The notes below the pieces were generated by a model. The model had not been told where the DNA came from, searched no databases, and saw only the letters and a list, made by a program, of their open reading frames with translations. Source: Deltaproteobacteria bacterium (GTDB lineage: Bacteria > Myxococcota_A > Polyangia > Polyangiales > Houyiibacteriaceae). Taken from it: 64,000 nucleotides of DNA. Below are positions 1 through 8,674 of this stretch, one piece after another. Where the stretch lies: positions 1-64,000 of the forward strand of contig JAXMNT010000010.1 in the NCBI GenBank assembly GCA_034670305.1. Reading direction: 5' to 3'. How positions within the stretch are numbered: the first letter of the stretch is position 1; the number at the start of each line of letters is the position of its first letter. The position numbers and the translations under genes were made by a program.

Positions 1-289
1 TCGAGACGATCTTCGGATGGCTCAAGAGCGTCGGGGGACTCAGGCGCACGCGGTATCGAGGCAGACGCAAGACACAGTTCGCCGCCTACCTGGCCGGCGC
101 CGCATACAACCTCCTACGCGTCGCGCGCTGCGCCGCGTAGCACCGACCGATGCCCGGCGGCTTCGTCCGCTGGGCATCGCGCTCCGATTCGCGCCTCGCC
201 GTCGCGAAACACACGGCGTCCACGACGCGGGCAAGGGCAAGGGCAACGGCAACGGCAAGGGAGCAGGTCGCTTTTCAGCGACCTGCTAG
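1..289 (+). mobile_element. Right end of an IS5-like insertion sequence (truncated by the window start)
   Basis: Transposase C-terminus followed ~130 bp later by TTTTCAGCGACCTG-CTAG, which resembles an IS5-type terminal inverted repeat plus a CTAG target site (286-289). Confidence 0.7.
3..140 (+). CDS. IS5-family DDE transposase, C-terminal fragment (5' partial)
   Basis: Manual translation ETIFGWLKSVGGLRRTRYRGRRKTQFAAYLAGAAYNLLRVARCAA*, matching the ExxFGWxK...RYRG...AAYNL C-terminal signature. Confidence 0.85.
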   Translation, partial: ETIFGWLKSVGGLRRTRYRGRRKTQFAAYLAGAAYNLLRVARCAA

Positions 290-316
290 GAGTACGTGCA
301 CGAGCACGAGCACGTG

Positions 317-338
317 AGCCCGGCTTCGCCGGGCTTTG
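317..338. terminator. GC-rich hairpin between the convergent IS and GltG-like gene
   Basis: AGCCCGGC-TTC-GCCGGGCT-TT. Confidence 0.5.
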
Positions 339-348
339 AAGACACCCT

Positions 349-1680
349 CTACCCGCCCTGGACGCCGAAGATGAACGGGTAGGTGACGGTCACCTCTCCG
401 CCGTCCGGGCGCGGGAAACGCCAGTTGCGGACCTGCCGCACGATGCAGCCTTCCACGCGGGCGTTGCTCATAGACGAACGCGCCACCCGAGCGCTGGTCA
501 CGGCGCCCTGGAGGTTGATGCGCCAGTTGATCTCGATGCGGCCGCGCAGGTTCGGTTGCCGCTGGACCTCGACTTCGTAGCAGTACCGAACGGCGGCCTG
601 GTTGGCGCGGACCACGCGGTTGATCTGCTCGGCGCTGAGGTAGCCGTTGACCCGCGGTGCACCGCGCATGACCGAGATGGTGACTTCGCGGGCCTTGCGA
701 CCGCGGGCGCCGATGCCGCCCATGCCGCGCCCGACGCCGCCGCCCATGCCATTGCCGATGCCGGTGCCGACGTTGCCCGCACCGAAGAGCGAACCCGGAC
801 CGTCGCCGCCACCACCCATGCCGACGCCGAGCAGACCCGCGCCGCGTGAGCCACGGCCCGCCACGGTGACTGCGCCGCCGGTGCCGCCGAGAATGTCGCT
901 GATCGACGGCACATCGAGCGCGGCCGCGATCGCGTTGCCTTCGCCGCCTCCGTCGAGGGCGCCAAGCAGACCCATCGCGCGCACCTTGGTCGCGATGCGG
1001 TCGGTCACCTCGCCGGCGACCTCGGTGTCTTCTTGGTTCGAGTCCTCGTGTCCGACCCGGCCTTCTTCGCCTTCGTGACGTTCGCCGCCGGTCTCCTCGC
1101 GACCGCGCAGGCCGGGGTCTTCGGTCTCGGTGCCTTGTTCGGGTTGGAACTGCTCGAAGAGATCCTCGGGCGGTGGCGTGACCATGAACTGCGCGACCAG
1201 ATCCGCGTCGAGCTCGAAGGGATCCACGGTGCCGCGGCGTTCGAAGTCCTGCCACGCGATGAAACCGAGCGCGCCCACGAGCAACATCGCGAGCAGAATC
1301 GCGAAGAGCAGGCCCATGTCGATGTCGGCGAGCTGCCGGGGCGGCGGCGCCGCGCCTTTGACGTGCTGGAAGAAGACGGTGACGGGACCCGCGGTCACGA
1401 CGCCGTAGTCGTCGGGTCCGAGATCCACCGGTCCGCTGAGCTGACTCAGCAAGCGCTTCTGACCACCGATCCACACGGCGCCCCCGAGCCCTCCGGTCTG
1501 CAGCGTGTAGCCGTTGCCTTTGGGGACCAGCACCACCGCATCCGGCATGTCGTCGGGGAGCGGGAAGGTCTGGCCCAGCACCACCGAGGCCGGTGTGAGC
1601 AGAAGGTCGTCCTGCTGGATCGCTTGGTTCCAGAGGTAGGCGACGCGAAGGGGACGTTCGGAGGCGGTGACTGCAGCCAT
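349..1680 (-). CDS. GltG/PglI (AgmX/PglI C-terminal, TonB-like) membrane protein
   Basis: N-terminal beta-rich region, one TM helix, Gly-rich linker, C-terminal TonB-like domain (YLSAEQINRVV...YCYE...VEGCI...WRFPRPDGGEVTVTYPFIF). Confidence 0.85.
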   Translation of the reverse strand: MAAVTASERPLRVAYLWNQAIQQDDLLLTPASVVLGQTFPLPDDMPDAVVLVPKGNGYTLQTGGLGGAVWIGGQKRLLSQLSGPVDLGPDDYGVVTAGPVTVFFQHVKGAAPPPRQLADIDMGLLFAILLAMLLVGALGFIAWQDFERRGTVDPFELDADLVAQFMVTPPPEDLFEQFQPEQGTETEDPGLRGREETGGERHEGEEGRVGHEDSNQEDTEVAGEVTDRIATKVRAMGLLGALDGGGEGNAIAAALDVPSISDILGGTGGAVTVAGRGSRGAGLLGVGMGGGGDGPGSLFGAGNVGTGIGNGMGGGVGRGMGGIGARGRKAREVTISVMRGAPRVNGYLSAEQINRVVRANQAAVRYCYEVEVQRQPNLRGRIEINWRINLQGAVTSARVARSSMSNARVEGCIVRQVRNWRFPRPDGGEVTVTYPFIFGVQGG

Positions 1681-1827
1681 GATTCTCAGACCGTGGAAAT
1701 CCGGTTGGGTTCCGATGGGTTCGAGTTTCGAACCGACCGGGCCCCAGTTCGAGCGCGACGCGCCGAACTTCCTTGGATGCTACGCCATCTTCGGCGGCTT
1801 GGGGAACTCGGAGCCCGCGCCTGCACG

Positions 1828-1954
1828 CGCGGGCGCGGGCGCGGGCACGGGCACCCACACGAGGGCAAGGGCAGGGGCAAGGGCGCACGGGACACGTGAG
1901 GGCAAGGGCAAGGGCAAGGGCAAGGGCAGGGGGTAGGTCGCCTTTGGCTCCCTA
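1828..1954 (+). repeat. (GGGCAC/GGGCAA)n tract ending in GGGGTAGGTCGCCTTTGGCTCC
   Basis: Read directly; the end motif recurs at ~49987 and ~50063. Confidence 0.85.
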
Positions 1955-2848
1955 CGGGGCGACGAGGGTGCTGCCGTCGATGTCGACGGCCGTCTGGGCG
2001 AGGATGCGGCCGTTGACGGTGGCTCCAGTCCGGAGCGAGACCGCGGTCATGCTCAGGATGGTGCCCTCGCAATGCGAGGTGGTGCCCATCTCCACGCCCC
2101 CTGCGACCTGCCAGAAGATGTTGCTCGCCGAGGCGCCGCCCGCGAGGGTGACCCGCGCGCCGCTGCTCATCGTGAGGTCGCCCGAGATCTGGAAGATCCA
2201 CACGTCGGTCGCGTTGCCCTCGAGCGTGATGTTGGTCGGAATCAAGAGGCCCGTTCCCCAGGCGTAGACGCCCGGTTCGAGGGTCATGCCGCCGATGGAT
2301 CCGGCCCCGAGTTCGGTGACGTCTGGGGCGCGGCCGGCTGCGTTCGTGAACGCGAGCTCCATGTCCCCGATTGCCGTGGTCATGTTGGAGGGTGTCGGCG
2401 CCGCGTAGTCGGAGGCGTAGACGCGTCCGGTGACCTGCGGAGCGGTGGAGAACACGTTCGTAGCATCTGCGGTCAGGGAGAAACCCGTGATGAACGTCGC
2501 GGCGGCGGGGCTGATCCCGAGGTCACCGGTGATCGCCGAGGTCGGCACGGTGGAGATGCCGCTCTTGGCGAGGATCACGAAGTCCGCCGCGCTGCCGAGG
2601 TCCACCGGGTCGGTGACCGAGCCGGGTGCGTCGCGCCGTGGCGCGTCGACGCCCGGTGCGTCGGCGCCTGGCGCGTCAGCGCGGGCACCGTCCAACATGG
2701 CGGCATCGCCCCCGTCTGCGCTGGACGCGGCGTCCCCGCCGTCGGGCGTCTCCGTCGTGGAGTCACACGCGGTGACGAGGAATAGGACAAGGAAGCCGGA
2801 GGCGGCCCTGGAGAATAGAGCCTGAGATGAATGCATGATGGGAACCAC
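1952..2848 (-). CDS. DUF3494 ice-binding family lipoprotein
   Basis: Lipobox-like VTAC; FVILAKSGISTVPTSAITGDLGISPAAATFITGF and WIFQISGDL...NIFWQVAG...GRILAQTAV are typical DUF3494 motifs. Confidence 0.9.
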   Translation of the reverse strand: MVPIMHSSQALFSRAASGFLVLFLVTACDSTTETPDGGDAASSADGGDAAMLDGARADAPGADAPGVDAPRRDAPGSVTDPVDLGSAADFVILAKSGISTVPTSAITGDLGISPAAATFITGFSLTADATNVFSTAPQVTGRVYASDYAAPTPSNMTTAIGDMELAFTNAAGRAPDVTELGAGSIGGMTLEPGVYAWGTGLLIPTNITLEGNATDVWIFQISGDLTMSSGARVTLAGGASASNIFWQVAGGVEMGTTSHCEGTILSMTAVSLRTGATVNGRILAQTAVDIDGSTLVAP

Positions 2849-3042
2849 TATGCAGCTCCCATACCGTTGGAGACTCTGGTCGAACCCGCGTCGTCCCTCA
2901 GCGCGGATCCGGGCCTTGGCCGCGAGAAGCCATCAAAGCCGCGTGTCGCCTCGAAGGAAGATTCGACGAGGCAGCCGGGGCGGAATGGTCGTTGCGGGGA
3001 GCCCTGACACGACCGTACCGCCCCAATCCTCCGGCGCCGGTC

Positions 3043-3663
3043 TCAGGACGGGCGGGGCGGAGCGCCAGACATGAATCCGGCGTTCTTCGCCAACGCACCG
3101 ACCAAGGCCTGGCACTTCGGTTGCGCGCCCAGCAGGGCTTTGCCGTCGTCGAAGTTGGAGAGCACGAACAACATCGGACCGATGAACAGGTCGGCGGCCG
3201 AGATTGCGTCTCCCACCAGGTAGGTGCCCGACATGCCCTCCGCGAGGGCGGCGAGTGAATGGGCGATCGGAGGACGGGCGGCTTCGATGGCGGCCATGTC
3301 CGGCTCGCCCTTGGCGAAGATGTACTTGAACGCCCAGTCGAGCACGACCTGCTTGTAGATGTAGCTGCTGTGCACGCTGATCCATTGCTCGACGTGTGCG
3401 GCGGCGAGCGGGTCCTTCGGAAAGAGCGCGGGGCCACTGCCCGCCGCGTCGGCCCAGCGCACGATGGCCGAGGTCTCGAAGAGGTCGGGGTTCGCGAGCG
3501 CAGGCACCTTGCCGTAGGGGTGGCGGCCGAGGAACTCCGGCGTCTTGTGTTCGCCGGGCGCGATCGGCTTGAAGTCGTACTCGATGCCCTTGATGGCCAG
3601 CGCGGCGCGGGCGGTCCAGACGTAGCTGCTCTGAGGGAATCCGTAGAGGGTCGGCTTGGTCAT
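3043..3663 (-). CDS. Glutathione S-transferase family protein
   Basis: MTKPTLYGFPQSSY...HPYGKVPAL...LFETSAIVRW...YLVGDAISAADL. Confidence 0.9.
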   Translation of the reverse strand: MTKPTLYGFPQSSYVWTARAALAIKGIEYDFKPIAPGEHKTPEFLGRHPYGKVPALANPDLFETSAIVRWADAAGSGPALFPKDPLAAAHVEQWISVHSSYIYKQVVLDWAFKYIFAKGEPDMAAIEAARPPIAHSLAALAEGMSGTYLVGDAISAADLFIGPMLFVLSNFDDGKALLGAQPKCQALVGALAKNAGFMSGAPPRPS

Positions 3664-3813
3664 CGTGGTGGTCCTTCGCAGGTCGTACGCCGAGTGGCGA
3701 TGGCGCGGCAAACCGCCACGCACGGTCCTGGTACCAGAGAACGACGAGAGAAGGAACGAGCGGCGGCCCGCAAGCACTCGGTTTCGCTTGGCTCGCCCGT
3801 TCGGCGATCTGCC

Positions 3814-4185
3814 CTACTCTTCTTTGCGCATCTCTTCGTCTTCGGTGCTTCTGACGAGCTCCGGGATGAACGAGCGGTGCGGCAACTTCGGTCGGTCGAA
3901 CTCGGCGCGCAGCCGGTTGAGGAAATAGAGCAGCTGCGGGGACTTCAGGCGGCCCGAGATGTCGAGGCCGCTGAAGCGGAACACCTTCACCTTGTTGCCG
4001 CCGCCCTCTTCGACTTCACCGGTCTCCGCGTCGACCTCTTCGATGTCTTCGGAGTCCGACTCGTTCGACGGGGCCGCTGCTTCGTCCCGCGCCCCTGGTT
4101 CCTGCGCACTCGAGTGCGGCACGTACCAGGCGAGCACACCGCTGCCGACCACACTCGCACAGACGAGCCATACGATTCTTTTCAC
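3814..4185 (-). CDS. GltF/CglF-like small secreted protein
   Basis: Signal peptide; C-terminal FRFSGLDISGRLKSP...SFIPELVRS resembles the CglF motif; lies directly after a GltE-like gene. Confidence 0.7.
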   Translation of the reverse strand: MKRIVWLVCASVVGSGVLAWYVPHSSAQEPGARDEAAAPSNESDSEDIEEVDAETGEVEEGGGNKVKVFRFSGLDISGRLKSPQLLYFLNRLRAEFDRPKLPHRSFIPELVRSTEDEEMRKEE

Positions 4186-5327
4186 GATCCACCTCCGCCG
4201 CCGCCACCCGCTGCGCGAGGCGCCGGAATCTCTTGCAGGTACTGTTCGGCGCGCTCCCGCGAAGGATGGCGCCTCGGCGCGACCCGCAAGAACTCCTGGA
4301 ACTGCTCGCGCGACTGGGGTCGCTGGTCCAGGAACTCGGCCCGCAGCACGCCCAGGTTGAAGAGCGCGTCCGGATGTTCGGGGTGGTCGCGCAGGACACG
4401 TTCGTAGGCGCGGCGGGCAGCGCGGTGGTCTCCCTGGCCGCGCATCGCGATGCCGTTGGCGACGCGGGCATCGGCATCTCCGTCGTCGCTCTGCAGCACC
4501 GCCTGGTACTGCTCGCTGGCGCCCGAGTAGTCACCGGCGTTCAAGAGCACCGAACCCATGTTCATGCGGGCCGGTTTGTAGGTGGGGTGGATGGCGATGG
4601 CTCCTTCGAACGCTTCGAAGGCCGCCTGGGTGTCGCCGCGATCGAGCTCGAGCAGGCCGCGCTCGTTGAGCACCTGAGCGCGCAGTGCCGTGGCGTCGTC
4701 GTCGAGCAAGAGGAGCGCTTTGTCGAGCACGAGCCGCGCGACGTCGTGCTGCTCCCGCGCGCGGTACACCCGGCCGATCTCCAAGAGGGCGCGCACGTTC
4801 GACGGGTCTCGAACCAGCACCTCCCGGGCCTGCTCGAGCGCGCCGTCCCAGTTCTCGTTCTCTCGATAGACGACCGCCAACGCGATGCGGGCGTCGAGTG
4901 GCGCGGCTTCCCGCCGCACGAGCGACTGCAGCCGGTCCGCGGCTGCCCCGCGGTCGCCCTGGGTGTAGGCGACTTCGGCCGCGGCCAGAAGCGGCTCGGG
5001 TGCGTTGGGATCGATCTCGAGCGCGGCTGCAAAGGCAGCGCTCGCCGCGGCGAGGTTCTCTTCAGAACGCTCCAGCACCCCGAGGTTGTAGTGCGCTTCC
5101 CACAGCTGCGGGTCGAGTTCGATCGCGCGGCGAAGTCGGTTGCGGGCGCGCCGGTTGAAGCGCGGGCCACGTTTCATCAGGCGCACGGCGGCGACCATCT
5201 CCCGCACCGCCTCCGGGTTTGCGGGCGGCAGCTCGGTTCGGGTCGTGCCCTGGTTGCCACCGCCGCACGCCACGAGCGGCAGAAGCGAGAGCGAGACGCT
5301 CAAAGCGAGGATGCGGGAGAACGTCAT
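4182..5327 (-). CDS. TPR lipoprotein, GltE/AglT-like
   Basis: Start MTFSRILAL with lipobox LVAC; many TPR motifs; 4-bp overlaps with both neighbours. Confidence 0.8.
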   Translation of the reverse strand: MTFSRILALSVSLSLLPLVACGGGNQGTTRTELPPANPEAVREMVAAVRLMKRGPRFNRRARNRLRRAIELDPQLWEAHYNLGVLERSEENLAAASAAFAAALEIDPNAPEPLLAAAEVAYTQGDRGAAADRLQSLVRREAAPLDARIALAVVYRENENWDGALEQAREVLVRDPSNVRALLEIGRVYRAREQHDVARLVLDKALLLLDDDATALRAQVLNERGLLELDRGDTQAAFEAFEGAIAIHPTYKPARMNMGSVLLNAGDYSGASEQYQAVLQSDDGDADARVANGIAMRGQGDHRAARRAYERVLRDHPEHPDALFNLGVLRAEFLDQRPQSREQFQEFLRVAPRRHPSRERAEQYLQEIPAPRAAGGGGGGGS

Positions 5328-8300
5328 TCCGCGGCCTCCGCTTCGGGCGCGGCCCCACGGCTCAAACCTTCGAGCGGCTCCGGCAGAGGCAGCGGGGCCG
5401 CTTCGACCACGGTGCCGCCATGTTCGCGAAGCGGCGGGTACTGAACGTCGTTGAGCCGCGTGAGCGCCTCGCGAAGTTGAGCGGTCCAGCGGTTGAAGAT
5501 GCGCAGCTCGATCGCGCGCTGGTAGCCGCCTTCGAACGCCTCGAGGGCACGCTCTTCCATCGGCACGATGAACTGCGCGAGCTGGTCGAAGTAGACTTGC
5601 TCCTCTTCTTCGGTGAGCCCTTCGGGCACCTGGAAGCCGCGCATCGCTTCGGCGAAGAGCTCGTAGCTTCGACCGATCTGGAAGAGCGAAGCGCTGACCC
5701 ACTCAGCCACGCCGAACTCGACCACGTCGGCGTAGATGAGCGCCGCGCGCTGCAGCAGCTCCGACTTGCGCTGCAAGCGCTGCCGAAGTCCCTCGCTGGG
5801 TCCGGCGATCTCGATGCCCGCGTACTCGGTCAGGACCGCATCGCCCTGGAGGTAACGCGCCTGCGCGCCATAGTAGAGGCCCGGACCGGTGAGCCTGCGG
5901 CGCTGACGGCGTGCGGTGCGCACCGCCTGTTCGAGGGCCGCCGCCGACGCGCGTTCGTCGCCACCCCGCGCAAGCACCTGGGCGAGCCGGGTCTGGGCCT
6001 CGACCTTGCGGTCCTGGTCGCGTGTCCGGCGAATGTACTCGCGGTAGGTGTCCGCCGCTTCGGACCAATCCTCGTTGCCTTCGTGGGCGCGCCCGATGAA
6101 GAAGTAGACGTCGTCCGCGTTCTCGTGGCGCGGGTACCGTTCGAGGTAGTAGCGGCCGACGACGATCGCTTCGTCGTTGTCGTTCGCGGTCATGCGGAGC
6201 AGCACCGCGTTGTAGGTGGCTTCGTGCGCCTTCTCCGCCTCGCGGAAGTGTCGGCCGTAGGACTCGTAGAAGCGCGCGGCGTCGCTGAACTGCGCGATCG
6301 ACTCGTACATCTGCGCGCCCGCCCACGCACCGAGGGCGCCTTCGCTCGAGCCCGGGTATCGGTCGATCAGCAGCTCGTACGCTTCCGCGGCGCCGCCGAG
6401 ATCACCGGCGCGCTGCCGTTCGAGGCCCGCGTTGTACACCGCCTGACGGGAACGTTCGTCCTCGGGGAACTCCTCGGCCGCTCGCAGGTACGCGGTCGCG
6501 GCTTCCGCGTGCTCGCCACGCTCGGCCAGCTGCTCACCGACCTTGAACATCGCTTGGAGGATCAAGGTGTCGAGGCGCCGTTGGCTCTCGTCGCTCGAGA
6601 ACGCGGGCGCGTCTTTGAGCCGGCGGGCCCAGGTTTCGATGTTCCCGTAATCCTGCGCGCGGTTGAAGCTGTCGAGGATGAGCTCACCGGCCGGGTTGGC
6701 GTACTCGCTCTCCGGGAACCGCTCGAGCAGCTGCCCGAAGAGCCGCACCGCCGGGTCGTAGATCTGGCGGTCGTAGTAGAGCCGGCCTTGGCGGAACAGG
6801 ATCTCTGGAAGGTCCGGGTCCTCTGGGAAGAGCTGCACGTAGAGCTCGATCGCTTCGCCGAACTTCCGGTCGTTGCTCGTCTCGCCCGAACACGGGTCTT
6901 CGGAAGGCGCGGCTTCCGCCGGCTCTCCGTCCTCGTCCTCGTCCTCGTCCTCGGCGTCGTCGTCGTCTGCGACCGGCGTGGGCGTGGGTGTGGGTGTGGG
7001 CGCAGGTGCTGGGCGGGTCCCGCCGGAGCAGCCCTCGACCTGTTCTTCGCGGACCCGCTCGAACGCGCCGATCGCGTTGTAGAGCGCGTCTCGGGTGAAC
7101 TCGCCTTCCGGGTTGCGGCGCGCGGCCGCGAGGTAGGAGTCGCCAGCCTCCGGGTACCGCTGCAGCCGGTGGAAGAGGATCTCGCCTCGGTAGAACTGCA
7201 CCTCGTAGCCGTGTTCCGTCTCGCCAAAGTGCTCGAGGTACATGCCGTAGAGTTCGGCGGCTTCTTCGAACTTGGGCTGCTGCCGTTCGCGCTGACCGAT
7301 CTCGTGCACCCGCATCGCGTGGCGTCGGATCATGCGTTCGGCCCGGTCCACCTCGCGCTGAACCCGCTCGGGATCGCCCTGCTGGCGGGCCCAGTCGCTG
7401 TCCGTGCCGTAGGTCTCCGCCAACGTCCGCATCGCGGCGATGGTGCCTTCGCGGTCGTCGACCGCTGCGAAGCTGGAAGCGATCTGTCGCTGCCACTTCG
7501 GGGCTTCGCGCGCACCAGGGTCCATCTCGAGCAACAACTCGAACGCTTCAACCGCGCGCTCGTAGCGCGACTGGCCCATGTAGGTGTCGCTGAGGCGCAC
7601 GAGCACCCGGCGGCCGTAGCGTTCGCCGCCGATCTCCTCGAGGAAGGCGAACACATCCCGCGCGGTGTTCGACTCGTCTTCGATGAACACCTGGATCAGG
7701 TAGTCGAGCGCTTCGTTCTGAAGCTCCCGAAGGCGGTTGCGCTGAGCCGCCGAGAGATCGCCACGCCCACGGCCGAGATCGAGCACCTGCCGGAACCGCA
7801 GCGCCGCGTCGTCGGTGCGGCCCATGCGCCAGAGGCACCACGCACTCTTGAAGAGCGAGATGTCGTAGAGCTCACTCTCTCGGTGCTGCAGGACGTGTTC
7901 GTACTGCTCGAGGGCGGCGGCGTACTGCACCGCGCCGAACTGCTCTTCGGCATGCGCGAAGTAGGCGTCCGGCACGAACCGGCTCCGCGGGAACTCGTCG
8001 AGGATGCGGCGGTACAGCCCCATCGCACCGACCGTGTCGCCCCGCTCCACGAGCGCGTACGCCTTCATGTAGAGGACGAGATCGTACCGATCGAACGCGC
8101 GGTGCTGGGTGAGGATCCGGTCGTAGAGTTCGAGCGGCCGGCGGTAGTTCGGAGTCGGCGTCGGACCGCGGTTGGCCTCAGGGACCTCCTGCCAGGCGGC
8201 GAAGGTCTGCAGGTACTCGACCCGCGCGGTCTCCCAGAGAAGCTCCGCCAACCGCAGGAGGGCGTCCGGCATCTCCGCGGCCCGCTCCGGTTCGACCCGC

Positions 8301-8674
8301 ACGAACTCTTCGAGCAACCGCACCGCTTCGGCGCGTCGCTCTGCGACCCAGCGCTCGCGTTCTTCGAGGAGCTGTTGCAGCCGCTCGTTCTGGTAGTCCC
8401 GCGCCGCCACACCGACCGCGTCCGGACGCTCGCGCAGGTACAGCCGCTCTTCCAGGTTCTCGACCGGCTGTTCGTACTCTTCGTCCGCGAGCGCGTCGTC
8501 TTCGTCGGACGCGAGGTTGCGCTCGTCGGCCGGCTCCTGAAACCGCGACACCTGTTTGGTGGAAGCGGCGCGCCCGCGCTGTGCGTCGGCGACGGAGCCC
8601 ATCAGCGCGACGGCGACAAGCGCCACCGCCCACGTGGCCGCGGTGCGCCCATGGCTCTGGACGACAGCCGGCAT
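5324..8674 (-). CDS. Large TPR protein, GltD/AgmU-like
   Basis: Signal peptide then ~1100 aa of TPR repeats; true start is about 8674, inside the longer ORF 5324..9712. Confidence 0.8.
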   Translation of the reverse strand: MPAVVQSHGRTAATWAVALVAVALMGSVADAQRGRAASTKQVSRFQEPADERNLASDEDDALADEEYEQPVENLEERLYLRERPDAVGVAARDYQNERLQQLLEERERWVAERRAEAVRLLEEFVRVEPERAAEMPDALLRLAELLWETARVEYLQTFAAWQEVPEANRGPTPTPNYRRPLELYDRILTQHRAFDRYDLVLYMKAYALVERGDTVGAMGLYRRILDEFPRSRFVPDAYFAHAEEQFGAVQYAAALEQYEHVLQHRESELYDISLFKSAWCLWRMGRTDDAALRFRQVLDLGRGRGDLSAAQRNRLRELQNEALDYLIQVFIEDESNTARDVFAFLEEIGGERYGRRVLVRLSDTYMGQSRYERAVEAFELLLEMDPGAREAPKWQRQIASSFAAVDDREGTIAAMRTLAETYGTDSDWARQQGDPERVQREVDRAERMIRRHAMRVHEIGQRERQQPKFEEAAELYGMYLEHFGETEHGYEVQFYRGEILFHRLQRYPEAGDSYLAAARRNPEGEFTRDALYNAIGAFERVREEQVEGCSGGTRPAPAPTPTPTPTPVADDDDAEDEDEDEDGEPAEAAPSEDPCSGETSNDRKFGEAIELYVQLFPEDPDLPEILFRQGRLYYDRQIYDPAVRLFGQLLERFPESEYANPAGELILDSFNRAQDYGNIETWARRLKDAPAFSSDESQRRLDTLILQAMFKVGEQLAERGEHAEAATAYLRAAEEFPEDERSRQAVYNAGLERQRAGDLGGAAEAYELLIDRYPGSSEGALGAWAGAQMYESIAQFSDAARFYESYGRHFREAEKAHEATYNAVLLRMTANDNDEAIVVGRYYLERYPRHENADDVYFFIGRAHEGNEDWSEAADTYREYIRRTRDQDRKVEAQTRLAQVLARGGDERASAAALEQAVRTARRQRRRLTGPGLYYGAQARYLQGDAVLTEYAGIEIAGPSEGLRQRLQRKSELLQRAALIYADVVEFGVAEWVSASLFQIGRSYELFAEAMRGFQVPEGLTEEEEQVYFDQLAQFIVPMEERALEAFEGGYQRAIELRIFNRWTAQLREALTRLNDVQYPPLREHGGTVVEAAPLPLPEPLEGLSRGAAPEAEAAE

